Position numbers and translations under genes: made by a program. Positions 40,360 through 49,969 of a stretch of 57,270 nt of DNA are shown in pieces (the first letter of the stretch is position 1; every line of letters starts with the position of its first letter). Source of the DNA: a virus. The notes under the pieces were generated by a model that had not been told where the DNA came from, searched no databases, and worked only from the letters and a program-made list of their open reading frames with translations. The DNA is taken from the IMG/VR virus record IMGVR_UViG_3300037313_000882. One strand, written 5' to 3'.

Positions 40360-40644
40360 TCATGGGCGCACGGTCGGCGTGACCTTGGTCACCCGATCCC
40401 AGAGCTGCGTCCCGTCCGCGCGCTTGACGATCTGCCGATAGAGGCCCGTTCCCCAGATCGAGCATTGTCCGAAGTCGTTCAGGACAACGGGATTGTCGTT
40501 CAAGGTCTGGCCTGTCGGCTCCCGATAGGTCGCCTTGTCGGTGAACGTCCAGGGCACGTACAACTCGACGGTCCCATTGGCGAGCGGCTCGCCGTTGAGC
40601 GGATCGACAAAGGTCTGGAGGCCTGAATAGATGTAGCTGACCAT
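40360..40644 (-). CDS. Stand-alone tailspike-N-terminal-like domain protein (94 aa)
   Basis: QTFVDPLNGEPLANGTVELYVP...NPVVLNDFGQCSIWGTGLYRQIVKRADGTQLWDRVT closely parallels the C-terminus of the ORF at 40645..41745. Confidence 0.55.
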   Translation of the reverse strand: MVSYIYSGLQTFVDPLNGEPLANGTVELYVPWTFTDKATYREPTGQTLNDNPVVLNDFGQCSIWGTGLYRQIVKRADGTQLWDRVTKVTPTVRP

Positions 40645-41745
40645 CTATCCCCCCGTGACCTTGTCCCAGACGGACGTTCCGTCCGCGCGTTTGAAAATCT
40701 GGCGATAGAGACCGTCGCCCCAGATGATGCACTGGCCGCCCCCGTCGAGCGGGATAGGGTTGATATTCAGCTCGGTCTGGGCTTCGTTGGACCACGTATC
40801 CTTCGGCGTCATCGTGCCGACTTCGTACATGCCTACCGTGCCGAGCGCGGCGACGTGGCCGGTGTCCGGATCGAAGAACGTCTGCTTTCCGGGGGGGATG
40901 AAATAGACCATGAGTTCGACTACCCCCTCTAGGAAGAGGTCCTGGCTGAAGGTGCTTTCGGGAGGGACCGAGGTGTTGACGGCGCGGAGCGCGTTGAAGT
41001 CGTAGGGCGCGTCGGGATTGACGCTTGAAGGATAGGGACTGACCGGCCCCCCACCCCCGAAACCGACCCACACATCCGTGATCGGAATCTCGACGGACGT
41101 GCCCTTATAGGTCGCCGTGATGCTTTGCAGCGCCGCCCAGGCCGTACGATCGGGAAAGGTGTCGTTGTCCACCGAGCCATAGAGGGAAAGGCCCAGCGTC
41201 ACGGTCTGCCCGGCTTGGAGCTTGGGACCCGTCGAAGCTCCAGCGTTGATGATCGACGGCGCCCAACCGATCGGGCCTTGGATCGGCGAGATGGCCGCAT
41301 TATCCACGAACCCGTCGCCCGGAAAGCCATAGGCCGTTCCGTCGATCAGGGTGGCGTTCTGCGAGCTGGCCTGGGTCGGATCGAAGGACAACGTGCCGGT
41401 CTGATCAAGCCCAGCCGTTTCCCACGTCTCCAGCATGGAAAACGTGCCCCAGTAGCGCACGACCGCGCCGGGCAGATAGCCCAGCCCGTCGCTGCTGACA
41501 TCGGCCGTGATCGCCGATCCGCCGTCGACCGTGACGAACGACATCTGTATGAACGCGTAGAGACCGTCTGGAGCCTCGTCGCCCAGCACCCAGCCACCCG
41601 TCACGGAGAAGGTCCACGGATCGAAAGAACTTGTATTGTCCCAATCCGCCGGCACGGTGATGTCGACCTGGCCGACCGCCGTGTAGAGATTGAAGTCGCC
41701 GTTCTGGATATTGTAGCTGACGGTCGGGCCGCGCAGGTAAGCCAT
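40645..41745 (-). CDS. Virion protein (366 aa) ending in a tailspike-N-terminal-like domain
   Basis: The C-terminus is QTFFDPDTGHVAALGTVGMYEVGT...NPIPLDGGGQCIIWGDGLYRQIFKRADGTSVWDKVT. Confidence 0.6.
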   Translation of the reverse strand: MAYLRGPTVSYNIQNGDFNLYTAVGQVDITVPADWDNTSSFDPWTFSVTGGWVLGDEAPDGLYAFIQMSFVTVDGGSAITADVSSDGLGYLPGAVVRYWGTFSMLETWETAGLDQTGTLSFDPTQASSQNATLIDGTAYGFPGDGFVDNAAISPIQGPIGWAPSIINAGASTGPKLQAGQTVTLGLSLYGSVDNDTFPDRTAWAALQSITATYKGTSVEIPITDVWVGFGGGGPVSPYPSSVNPDAPYDFNALRAVNTSVPPESTFSQDLFLEGVVELMVYFIPPGKQTFFDPDTGHVAALGTVGMYEVGTMTPKDTWSNEAQTELNINPIPLDGGGQCIIWGDGLYRQIFKRADGTSVWDKVTGG

Positions 41746-41912
41746 CAGAGGCCCCCCGCTCTGCGCTTGCCCGTCGCCAAGAAAAGGCCCATGCTAGAGC
41801 CCTCCCGAAATCAGGACACATGCACGGAATGACCATCCTTGGCGTCCACATCTCGCAGCATCAGCTCGCGGGCGCCGGTCTCTATCTCGTTGGATGTGCG
41901 GCGTGGGGCGCA

Positions 41913-44672
41913 TTACTGGGCCTCCGTGACCGCTGGCTTCTGTGGCGCGGTCAGCATCCGGGTTCCCCCGATCACAGCGGCGGTGGAAGCGGGGTTCGGG
42001 AGGAGCTTCGTGACGAGATTCGGGTTGTCGCTGACCTTGGGCGCCCGCGGTGAAATAGCCCGCTGGGCCTTCAAGATCGCCCCGATGTCCTTCATGAAGG
42101 TGTCGAAGGTGCGCCCGATGCCGGCTCCGACAGCGCCCCCCGCCGGGCCACCGACCGAGCCGATCGCGCCGCCCGTCATGGTGCCGACGTTCTCCAGCGC
42201 CTTCTTGATCAGCACGGCTCCCGCAAACGCCGAGTTGGAGGCGTTGTCGCCCCCCCTGACCGGCGTCGTGACCCGCTGGGCGACTTCGGCGAACTTGTCG
42301 ATCAGCTCGCGCTCCTGCGGGGAGAACACCGTATTGACGATCTGTGGGCTCTCGCGTTTGGCCTTTTCCCAGGCCTTCATGAAGTTCTGGCCGGAGAATT
42401 GCGGCTTTCCCGCCTCGATTGGGCCTTCGCCGGCGCGAGCGATGCGCCCGAACACTTCCGAGCGCAGGCCATTCCACTCGTCGCTTTCCGGCCCCAGCAC
42501 CTCGCGCAGCCTGGCGAGGTCCCGAGGCAAATCCTTCTTGCCGATCAGTCCCAGGGACGAGCGACCGAAGATATAGTTCGCAGCCTCTTCCGGATCGACC
42601 TTGTTGGCCATCCCTTCGCCGTGGCGGACCTGTTCCACGAGGCCTTGGATCAGATCCTTGCCTTCGAACAGCTTTCCATATGCAGCGCGGCTCTTCAGCG
42701 CATTGCGCCACGCGTCGACGGCCTTGGGGTCGCCCAGGATCAAGTCATGCTCAAGCGCTTGGCTGATATGGTCGTCAAGCACCCGAACCGCCTTCCCAGC
42801 CGCGCTGGCCTCAACCCCATCATTGGAACCGCGCAGACCCGAAAGCCTCGCCCGGGCATCCAGCAGATTCCCAACCGTGGGCGCGCCACCTTCGCCGAGG
42901 CGCTCGACTTCCTTGGCGACCGAACCGATGCGATCCAGATCGTAGTCCTTGCTAAGCGCGCCCAGCATGTCGTCCCGCAGTCCCTTCGCGGAGGCCAGCA
43001 TCGCGTCGGAGCCCGAGGCCCTGGCTGCATCATAGGCCGCATCCACGCCGGACTTGGCCTCACCCTTCATCGCATTGAGTTTTTCGGAAACCGCCGTGGC
43101 CGCTTCCCCGGGCTGGAGGCTGCGCCCCGCCATCTTGGAGCCGATGGCCTCGACATTGCCCCTCAAGGCCTGCTGCGCAGCTTCCTGCTGACCCTTCATG
43201 ATGGTCTGAGCGGCTTGCCCGTTGACGCCCTTCAGCATGGCGTTTTCCAGGAGTTGCTGGCCGGGCGATCCGGTCATCTGGCCGACCGTGATCGGCACCG
43301 GCACCGGAAGTTCGCCGGCCATCGCCAGGCGGGCGGCCTGCTCGGCGCTGGGCGCGGCGCCCTTCACGCTTGGGGACACGAAGCGGCGCACGCCAGCCGC
43401 CACGCCGCTGCCCACAGGAGCCAGAGCACCGCCCAGAAGCGCGCCCGTCTTGATCTGATCCCCGACAGACCCTTCCCCGGCCGATGAGGTGAGCGCCGAA
43501 GCCAAGGCCCCCTCCCGCGCGCCAACAGCGGCTTTGGAGCCCGTGCGCACGCCGAGATCGAAGAGCCTAGAGGTAAGCGGCGCGCCTTCCGCCAAGCCGC
43601 CTCCCGCGGTGCCTCCGAGGAATTCCCCGACAGCTCCCATGCGCCCCAGGAGCGGAGCCGCGACCGCTTCCCCGCCAGCCATGGCCGGAAGCGTCGCCGT
43701 CATCTGGCCGCCGAACCGCGCAAGCCCGGTCGGAATGTCGCCCTTGAAGCGCGCGTCGTAGCCCATCTGGCGCGCACCAAGGGTGTTCAGCATCTCCGAA
43801 TCTTGCGAGCCCGGCGCAAACCGCCCGGCACTCAGGATCACATCGCTGATGCCTTGGCCGAAACCCTTGGCCAGATCGGATCTGTCTCCTGGCGCTTCTC
43901 GACGCGACAGCTTGCCGCCCAGATCGATATAGTAGGCGCCCTCGGGGACATCGGTTTCCGTCTGCCCGTGCGCCATCATGTAGGGATGCTTCTCGGACCC
44001 CTCTGGCGCGGCGTTGTCCCACAGCTTGCCCTTGACCATGGCCTCCACGGTCGGCTGCTGGAGATCGTTGATTCGCTTGTTGGATTGCTGGTAGCGATAG
44101 TTCTTGGCTCCCGCGATCGGCTCGCCGGCGGCCAGCTTCAGGATGTCCTCGTCGCTCGTCGGCGCGAGTTGATCGGCGCCCTTCTCGTAGGCGGGAGCCT
44201 CGGGCGCGGGGGCTCCGGAAGCCGCCGACGCGGGAGCCTTTGCGCCACTCGCCAAGGCCAGGATGTCGCTGTCGCTGGGTTCCGTAGAGGGCGCGGGCGA
44301 AGAAGCCGGCGCAGCGCCCTGATAGCGCGCTAGAACTTCTTCCCGGTAGCGCCGGGTCTTCGGTCCCCAGAACTTCTGATCTGGACCGCCATGGTATTCC
44401 AGAAGCGCGGTCCCGACATCCCCGTGACGGTCAAGGCTGTCGGCCACGAGACGGGCAGCTCCATCCACGGCCTGGGGGGGATCGTAGGCGTCCACCCCGA
44501 GGGACTTTGCCGTCCGGGGCATGATCTGCATGAGGCCGCCGGCCCCGACCGGGGAAACGGCCTTGGGATTGCCGCCGCTCTCCTGCGTGGCGATGGCCGC
44601 CAGCAACGCTGGATCGACGTTGTACTTTCGCCCCGCGTTCTCGAAGAGGTCGCTATAGTCGGAGACGGCCAC
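41913..44672 (-). CDS. Internal virion / ejection protein with an N-terminal lytic transglycosylase (SLT) domain
   Basis: 919 aa with IATQESGGNPKAVSPVGAGGLMQIMPRTAKSLGVD. The remainder is a long Ala/Gly-rich region. Confidence 0.8.
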   Translation of the reverse strand: MAVSDYSDLFENAGRKYNVDPALLAAIATQESGGNPKAVSPVGAGGLMQIMPRTAKSLGVDAYDPPQAVDGAARLVADSLDRHGDVGTALLEYHGGPDQKFWGPKTRRYREEVLARYQGAAPASSPAPSTEPSDSDILALASGAKAPASAASGAPAPEAPAYEKGADQLAPTSDEDILKLAAGEPIAGAKNYRYQQSNKRINDLQQPTVEAMVKGKLWDNAAPEGSEKHPYMMAHGQTETDVPEGAYYIDLGGKLSRREAPGDRSDLAKGFGQGISDVILSAGRFAPGSQDSEMLNTLGARQMGYDARFKGDIPTGLARFGGQMTATLPAMAGGEAVAAPLLGRMGAVGEFLGGTAGGGLAEGAPLTSRLFDLGVRTGSKAAVGAREGALASALTSSAGEGSVGDQIKTGALLGGALAPVGSGVAAGVRRFVSPSVKGAAPSAEQAARLAMAGELPVPVPITVGQMTGSPGQQLLENAMLKGVNGQAAQTIMKGQQEAAQQALRGNVEAIGSKMAGRSLQPGEAATAVSEKLNAMKGEAKSGVDAAYDAARASGSDAMLASAKGLRDDMLGALSKDYDLDRIGSVAKEVERLGEGGAPTVGNLLDARARLSGLRGSNDGVEASAAGKAVRVLDDHISQALEHDLILGDPKAVDAWRNALKSRAAYGKLFEGKDLIQGLVEQVRHGEGMANKVDPEEAANYIFGRSSLGLIGKKDLPRDLARLREVLGPESDEWNGLRSEVFGRIARAGEGPIEAGKPQFSGQNFMKAWEKAKRESPQIVNTVFSPQERELIDKFAEVAQRVTTPVRGGDNASNSAFAGAVLIKKALENVGTMTGGAIGSVGGPAGGAVGAGIGRTFDTFMKDIGAILKAQRAISPRAPKVSDNPNLVTKLLPNPASTAAVIGGTRMLTAPQKPAVTEAQ

Positions 44673-44674
44673 GC

Positions 44675-46237
44675 CTAGCCGCCCTTCAGGTCATCATAGG
44701 TGAAGAGACCCGCGTTAACGGCCGATTTGATGCCTTTGATGTAGCGGGCCTTCTCGTCCGGCGACATCTTGTCGATCAACGCCTTGCGTTGGGATGCCGG
44801 CATAAGCGGCGCGCCGAAGGCCAGCGGATCGACGCTGTTCGCCCAGTTGGCGCGCCACTGGACGTACTGCTGCGGCGAGACGCCTTCCTTCTGGGCCAGC
44901 AGTGGCGCGGCGACGTCCATCGCCTTCAGGCCCTTCAAGATCGGGATCATGGCGATAGCCGCGTCCCGGACCGTCTTGACGCCCGGCTGGGCCTCCTGTT
45001 GAAGCGCGCGGGCCTGATCGGTGCCGAGTCCCAGGCGATGGGCCTCGGAGGTCAACGCCGACGTCAGCCACTTGTTGGCCTCGGCGTAGGCGACCGTCTG
45101 GTCCTTGTTGCTCACCCCAGGCGGCAGCGGAGCGCCATAGGTGTCGGCGATGCCGCGCAGGTTCTGGAGCCATTCGGAGCCTGGACCGGTCTTGGCCTGC
45201 TTGATCGCGGCATAGGCCTGATCGAAGGTTGTCAGCACCTTGCGCAGGTCGGGAACCGCTTGCTGGTCCGCCTGGAATGTCTTGTAGCTCTCCGCCATGG
45301 CCTCAGGGGCGCCAGGCGCCAGGGCGGAGACCCCAACTGCTCCGGGGACGCCACCAGCACCTGCGCGAGCCCCGGGATAACGCCCATCGCCGCCACCTGC
45401 GCCCCCAGGCGCGGGAGGAGCGGCTCCCCCGATAAGCGACGCCTTGGGGACCTTGACGTGCTCGCCCGTCGCCGGGTTAACCAGATCCACCAACTCGGCG
45501 CCGGCTTCGGGCGTAAGGCCCTTGACGAGACCTCCGTTGATCCGTTGTTCCCCCGTCAAGGGGCTGACTTGCTGGCTTACGATCTTGGAGCCGGTGTCCA
45601 CAGTCTGCGGGGAACCCAGCAGCGTGTTCACGTGCTCAAGCGCGTTGTTCGCCTGGATCGACCACTGCTGCAGATAGGCTCGCGTCGCCTTGTCGTCCGC
45701 CACGGGGTTGCCGGTCGGTTGCGGAAGGCCCTGCACGAAGTTCACGACCTGGGAGATGCTGTCCTTGTCGTTGAAGTGGCCGAGCGGGATCATCTGGGTC
45801 TTGACCGCCGCGACCACGTCGTCCGGGGTTACCGGACCCTGCTTGGACAGCAGGCCATCCATCACCCCGGCCGCGACGCCCCAGCGCTGCTGGGACAGCT
45901 TCAACTGGTCGGCGGAAAGCTCCGTCTGGGTCTTCAGGTTGCCGAGCTGGCCCGTGCGCAGGCCCTGGGCCTTCTCGATGGCTTCGGCGCCGTATTGCGC
46001 TTCGTCCGGGTGGTCGACAAAATACTGGCCCACCTTGGCGGGATCGGGCAGCCCGGTCTCCGGGTCGATGGCGCCCGCGATCGCCCGGCCGCCACTGATC
46101 GCGCTGCCGTACTTCTGCTGAAGTAACTTGTTGTTCAGGAGAAGTTGCTGGACCTGGGAGACCTTGCCCACGGTCTCCAGGGGATTGTAGGCCTGCGGCG
46201 CAGCTTGCAGGGCGATGGCGTTGTTGATCTCAGCCAT
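44675..46237 (-). CDS. Internal virion protein (520 aa)
   Basis: ORF track. It lies between other ejection-protein-like genes. Confidence 0.55.
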   Translation of the reverse strand: MAEINNAIALQAAPQAYNPLETVGKVSQVQQLLLNNKLLQQKYGSAISGGRAIAGAIDPETGLPDPAKVGQYFVDHPDEAQYGAEAIEKAQGLRTGQLGNLKTQTELSADQLKLSQQRWGVAAGVMDGLLSKQGPVTPDDVVAAVKTQMIPLGHFNDKDSISQVVNFVQGLPQPTGNPVADDKATRAYLQQWSIQANNALEHVNTLLGSPQTVDTGSKIVSQQVSPLTGEQRINGGLVKGLTPEAGAELVDLVNPATGEHVKVPKASLIGGAAPPAPGGAGGGDGRYPGARAGAGGVPGAVGVSALAPGAPEAMAESYKTFQADQQAVPDLRKVLTTFDQAYAAIKQAKTGPGSEWLQNLRGIADTYGAPLPPGVSNKDQTVAYAEANKWLTSALTSEAHRLGLGTDQARALQQEAQPGVKTVRDAAIAMIPILKGLKAMDVAAPLLAQKEGVSPQQYVQWRANWANSVDPLAFGAPLMPASQRKALIDKMSPDEKARYIKGIKSAVNAGLFTYDDLKGG

Positions 46238-47093
46238 AATAGCCGCCGTCGCCGAAGAAGCCGCCAGATCCGACGTTCACCGATGGAGGCGACGCGGACC
46301 CTGCCGCTGGAGTCCCTCCGGCCCCGCTTCCGAAAAGCTTGCTCGTCAGGTAGCTATTCGAAAGCCCGTAGAGGCCCTGTTGAAGCGCATTGGCGGTGCC
46401 GACCTGGCCTGCGGCCTGGGCTTGCCCGGCTGCCTGATAGGCGTTGCCGACGTTCTGGCCAGTCTGGATCGCCGCGTTCCCGACGCCGGCCGCCGCGTTT
46501 TCTCCAAGCCCGGCGGCATTGGCCAGCCGGGCGATCTGATCGCCATAGGTCGTGTTGGCGAGACCCGTGACGAAGCGGGAGACGCCCTTGGCCTGGGCGC
46601 CCGAAAGCCCCCGACCACCCATGGCGTTGTTGACGCTCTTGATCCCCTGGTCGCGGACGAACTGATAGCCTGGGATGTTCTCCAGCGCCGTCTGCATGGC
46701 CTGCGCCTGCGACGTCGGCTGTGTCATCGCAAGCTTGCGGCCCTCTTTGGCTCCGAACATCTGATAGTGGGTCTGGGCGTACTGGAGCGGGTCGACGCCC
46801 TCTTTCAGCGCCTCCTGCATGACATCGGGGTTCATCCGCAGGTAGGACGCCCAGTCGGGCTGCGGGACGTTCGTTCCGATCCCCAGGAGCTGGGCGTAAG
46901 GGCTCAGCGCCTGCGTGCCGAAATTCATGTACGGCGACAGGTTCTGCTGGGTCTTGTTGAACATCTGGAGCTGGATGTTCGCGGCGTCGCGGGCGGCGTT
47001 CGCCTGCGTCTTGGCGGCCTTCCCGGCGGCGCTGGCCCCAATGGCCGCGCTTCCGACTGTGGCGACCGCAGAGGCGATGGCAGCGACAGGCAT
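46230..47093 (-). CDS. Internal virion protein (287 aa), Gly/Ala/Gln-rich
   Basis: ORF track. Confidence 0.55.
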   Translation of the reverse strand: MPVAAIASAVATVGSAAIGASAAGKAAKTQANAARDAANIQLQMFNKTQQNLSPYMNFGTQALSPYAQLLGIGTNVPQPDWASYLRMNPDVMQEALKEGVDPLQYAQTHYQMFGAKEGRKLAMTQPTSQAQAMQTALENIPGYQFVRDQGIKSVNNAMGGRGLSGAQAKGVSRFVTGLANTTYGDQIARLANAAGLGENAAAGVGNAAIQTGQNVGNAYQAAGQAQAAGQVGTANALQQGLYGLSNSYLTSKLFGSGAGGTPAAGSASPPSVNVGSGGFFGDGGYYG

Positions 47094-47138
47094 GGCCTAC
47101 TCCGATAGTGCGATTAAACCCTACATGGTTTGTAGGAA

Positions 47139-47891
47139 TTAGGCTAGGGGCACACTACCGCTTGTGGGTTCAACTTCGTCGCGCACTATAAGGACGTTGA
47201 CGGCGTCATTTCCGATCTCGACCAAGGCGTCTCGGATGTCGATGATGCGCTCGCCGACCTGCTCGATTTCGGCGTACCCGGCGAACCGCGCCCAGCGGTT
47301 ATAAAAGGCCACGCCTTTTCCGATCTGGCCCGCATAGGCCATCATCAGGGCTGCGCCGACCGCCTGATCGTGGGCTGCGTCCTCGGGGTGCTGGTGGATG
47401 TGCGCCCCCTTGGCGGCTTCCAAGGCCTCGTGGAAGGCGTGCCCCACGCCTTGTGCCTCCGGATCTCGGACGTACCAGTCATCAATCGTCAGGGCTTGGA
47501 AGGAAATCCCCACGCCAGGTTTCCAGGCGTCCGTCCGATGGAACCGCTCGCGAAAGCCCAACCAGCTCGCCGCCATTCGGGCGCCTGGGTTGTCGTCGGG
47601 GCATTTGGTGAGGATTTCCACGGCGTCGGTGCGCGTGAACATCCAGCGCAGCATGTCGAATGCAGCACGTCTGAAGGACGCGCCCCTACCGGCTTTGCCG
47701 AACAGGGTGTGGATTTCGTAGGCGCCCCCTCCCCGGCCTTCCAGAACCCATCCCCCGTGGTCGCAGACGATGGCGTAGTTGCCGGGGTCGAGTAGCGCAG
47801 ACGTCAGGTCGATGGGATCATCGGAATTTCCGCCCAGCCAGGGGCGAACGCAGGGATCATTGGCGATGGCGTTGAGGAACGCCGCATCCAT
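47139..47891 (-). CDS. Hypothetical protein (250 aa), N-terminal part possibly GNAT-like
   Basis: Start at MDAAFLNAIANDP. YEIHTLFGKAGRG...MLRWMFTRTDAVEILTKCPDDNPGARMAASWLGFRE resembles an acetyltransferase fold; this is tentative. The 177-codon N-terminal extension in the track is rejected. Confidence 0.45.
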   Translation of the reverse strand: MDAAFLNAIANDPCVRPWLGGNSDDPIDLTSALLDPGNYAIVCDHGGWVLEGRGGGAYEIHTLFGKAGRGASFRRAAFDMLRWMFTRTDAVEILTKCPDDNPGARMAASWLGFRERFHRTDAWKPGVGISFQALTIDDWYVRDPEAQGVGHAFHEALEAAKGAHIHQHPEDAAHDQAVGAALMMAYAGQIGKGVAFYNRWARFAGYAEIEQVGERIIDIRDALVEIGNDAVNVLIVRDEVEPTSGSVPLA

Positions 47892-47905
47892 CGTGCGCCG
47901 GACGG

Positions 47906-49969
47906 TCAAACCCCCTGCTCCGCACCGCTTGCCGTATAGCGCCCCGCATAACTCAGGTCCGTCAGCCGAAGAGGCGTCAGCGGCGTGAAGTTCGGCGGGT
48001 TGCTGGCCGGGTTGGTGTAGAGCGTCGCCTGATCGGTCGAAACGACCTTGGAATTTGCGTCGGATCCTGAAGGCAGTGCGTTCGGGCACGCCAGCGACGT
48101 AAGCTGCTGATTGGCGAGCGTTCCGTCTGCTATGGTGATTACACCCGCAGAATGGTCGACATCGCAATAGGCGTCCGAGGTCGAGCCGGCCAGGAAGCGA
48201 CACCCGGACGGGTTGGTGTTGCTGAGATACTGGACGACCACATGCTTCCTGTCGCCGCCCCAATAGCCCGGCTGCGTGGCCTGCCCGAGGCTTTGCGAGA
48301 TGTCCTGATTGGACAGGTTGCGCGAGCCCCAATCCAGCATGGGCTGGTCCCCGTTGACGGAGATGAAGGCCGTCCCCACGGAGCGCCGGTTCTCGAAGAA
48401 CCGCTCGCTTCCGTTCTTCCACTGATAGGTGTGGTGGACGATCACGTCGGCGTGGATGTCGGCGATGCGCTTGAGGTTGACCGTCCCCGTCAGGGTGGTC
48501 TTGCTGATGCCGCTGGAGGGTGCGTTGCCGGACTTGTTGAGGAAGACGTCGGCCAAGAGGTTCGAAGGCGTCGAAAGCGTCGCCGAGAGCCCCGAGACCC
48601 CCAGCCCATTGATCCAGGCGACCAGGGCCGCCATCGTGCCGCCCGTCAGCGCCTTGGTGTAGGTGGGCGTCGGCGAGCTGGCCGGGATGTAGAGATTGAA
48701 CGCGCCATTGTTGCCGTTCGCCCCGGTCTTCTCGTAGGCGCAGGTCGAGCCGCCCGAATAGGTCAGGTCAAAGGCCGGCGTGAAGGTGCCGAGCCCCGAA
48801 TAGTAGCCGCCGATCCGGTCGGCGTAGCCTCCATGCACGCATTGGCCGTTTTCGCAGTCAGAGCCCGAGACGTTCACCGTGGAGCAGTTGCGCCGCAGCT
48901 TGAAGAAGCTGAGTCCGTAGGCCGGCAGATCGTGCGCCGTGCATTCGGTGAAATACACGTTCCAGCTTGGCGAGGCGTCGTTACCGCCGATCCAGAATTG
49001 GCCAGGCTGATAGCCATTGATCAGCGCTGCGGCCCCTGACCCTGAGCCGCCATGCGCGGGGTTCATCGCCCCGCAGAAGATGTCCACGCCATTCAGCCAC
49101 AAGCGATCCGCCGACCCGTTGGAGAACCGCCACGCCGAGGCCAGATTGTAGCCGAGCTGGGCGATGTCCCATTTGATCCCGGAGCCGCGGAACTGGATGC
49201 CGTCGTAGGCGCACTGGGTCATACTGGTGGACCCGTCGCCGATCGTCGCCGACACCCCGGCCGCCGCCGAGATGACTGTCCACCAGCCGGCGTTGAGGAA
49301 GCTGGAGGCAAGGCCGTCGATCTTGTAGTTGGCGGTATTGAGCAGGATCAGGTTCACCCGCTCTGGCGTCAGGGAGGCCGGACCATGGGTCGCGCAATAG
49401 GTCAGGGCGTCCTTCAGGTTCGTATAGTCGCCCCCGACCCCGACCGTCTTGGTCTGAGAGAACTCCGTGGACCTGGCGTAGAACGTATAAGGCCCGATCA
49501 CCTGTTGCTGCATGGTGACGTCGTTGGCCGTGACCACCACGTACATCTGCGCGGTCCCGGCGCCGTTCTGGGCGAGCCACGAGGAGACATCCAGCGGGCA
49601 TTGAAACCCATAGGTGGTCTGGAGTGTGCCATTGACGTCAAGGAAGGGCGACGCCGATTGGGTCGTGACCGTGTAGGTCGAGCCCTCCAGGATGAACTGC
49701 ACGCTGGCGATGCCGCCTTGAGGCGTCCTGTCCGCCCCTGCATCCACACCCCAGAACATATCCGACGTGATGGTAAGCCAATTGGGCCAGAGCGGCTGAC
49801 ACCAGGGCTGCGCCGTGGTCCGCGTGGGTTGGGATGGAACCGGCGCGAAGGCGCCTCCAAACCCACTCCCCGCCACGCCCGTCCATTGGCTTGACGGCGC
49901 GAGGCCGAGAACTGGAGGGGCCGGCGAGCCGCTATTGCGCCCCATGCGCTGGAGGAAGGCTCCCGTCAC
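47906..49969 (-). CDS. Tailspike-like protein (687 aa), probable beta-helix depolymerase
   Basis: ORF track. It is rich in Gly/Asn/Ser/Thr, with repetitive short strands, and follows the fibre genes. Confidence 0.55.
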   Translation of the reverse strand: MTGAFLQRMGRNSGSPAPPVLGLAPSSQWTGVAGSGFGGAFAPVPSQPTRTTAQPWCQPLWPNWLTITSDMFWGVDAGADRTPQGGIASVQFILEGSTYTVTTQSASPFLDVNGTLQTTYGFQCPLDVSSWLAQNGAGTAQMYVVVTANDVTMQQQVIGPYTFYARSTEFSQTKTVGVGGDYTNLKDALTYCATHGPASLTPERVNLILLNTANYKIDGLASSFLNAGWWTVISAAAGVSATIGDGSTSMTQCAYDGIQFRGSGIKWDIAQLGYNLASAWRFSNGSADRLWLNGVDIFCGAMNPAHGGSGSGAAALINGYQPGQFWIGGNDASPSWNVYFTECTAHDLPAYGLSFFKLRRNCSTVNVSGSDCENGQCVHGGYADRIGGYYSGLGTFTPAFDLTYSGGSTCAYEKTGANGNNGAFNLYIPASSPTPTYTKALTGGTMAALVAWINGLGVSGLSATLSTPSNLLADVFLNKSGNAPSSGISKTTLTGTVNLKRIADIHADVIVHHTYQWKNGSERFFENRRSVGTAFISVNGDQPMLDWGSRNLSNQDISQSLGQATQPGYWGGDRKHVVVQYLSNTNPSGCRFLAGSTSDAYCDVDHSAGVITIADGTLANQQLTSLACPNALPSGSDANSKVVSTDQATLYTNPASNPPNFTPLTPLRLTDLSYAGRYTASGAEQGV

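Noticed and set aside
47892-48422. N-terminal extension of ORF 47139..48422
   Set aside because: It overlaps the tailspike gene out of frame and is Arg-rich. A credible start lies at 47891. Similar trimming was applied to 20078..21118, 29559..30056, 30962..31615 and 27197..27757.
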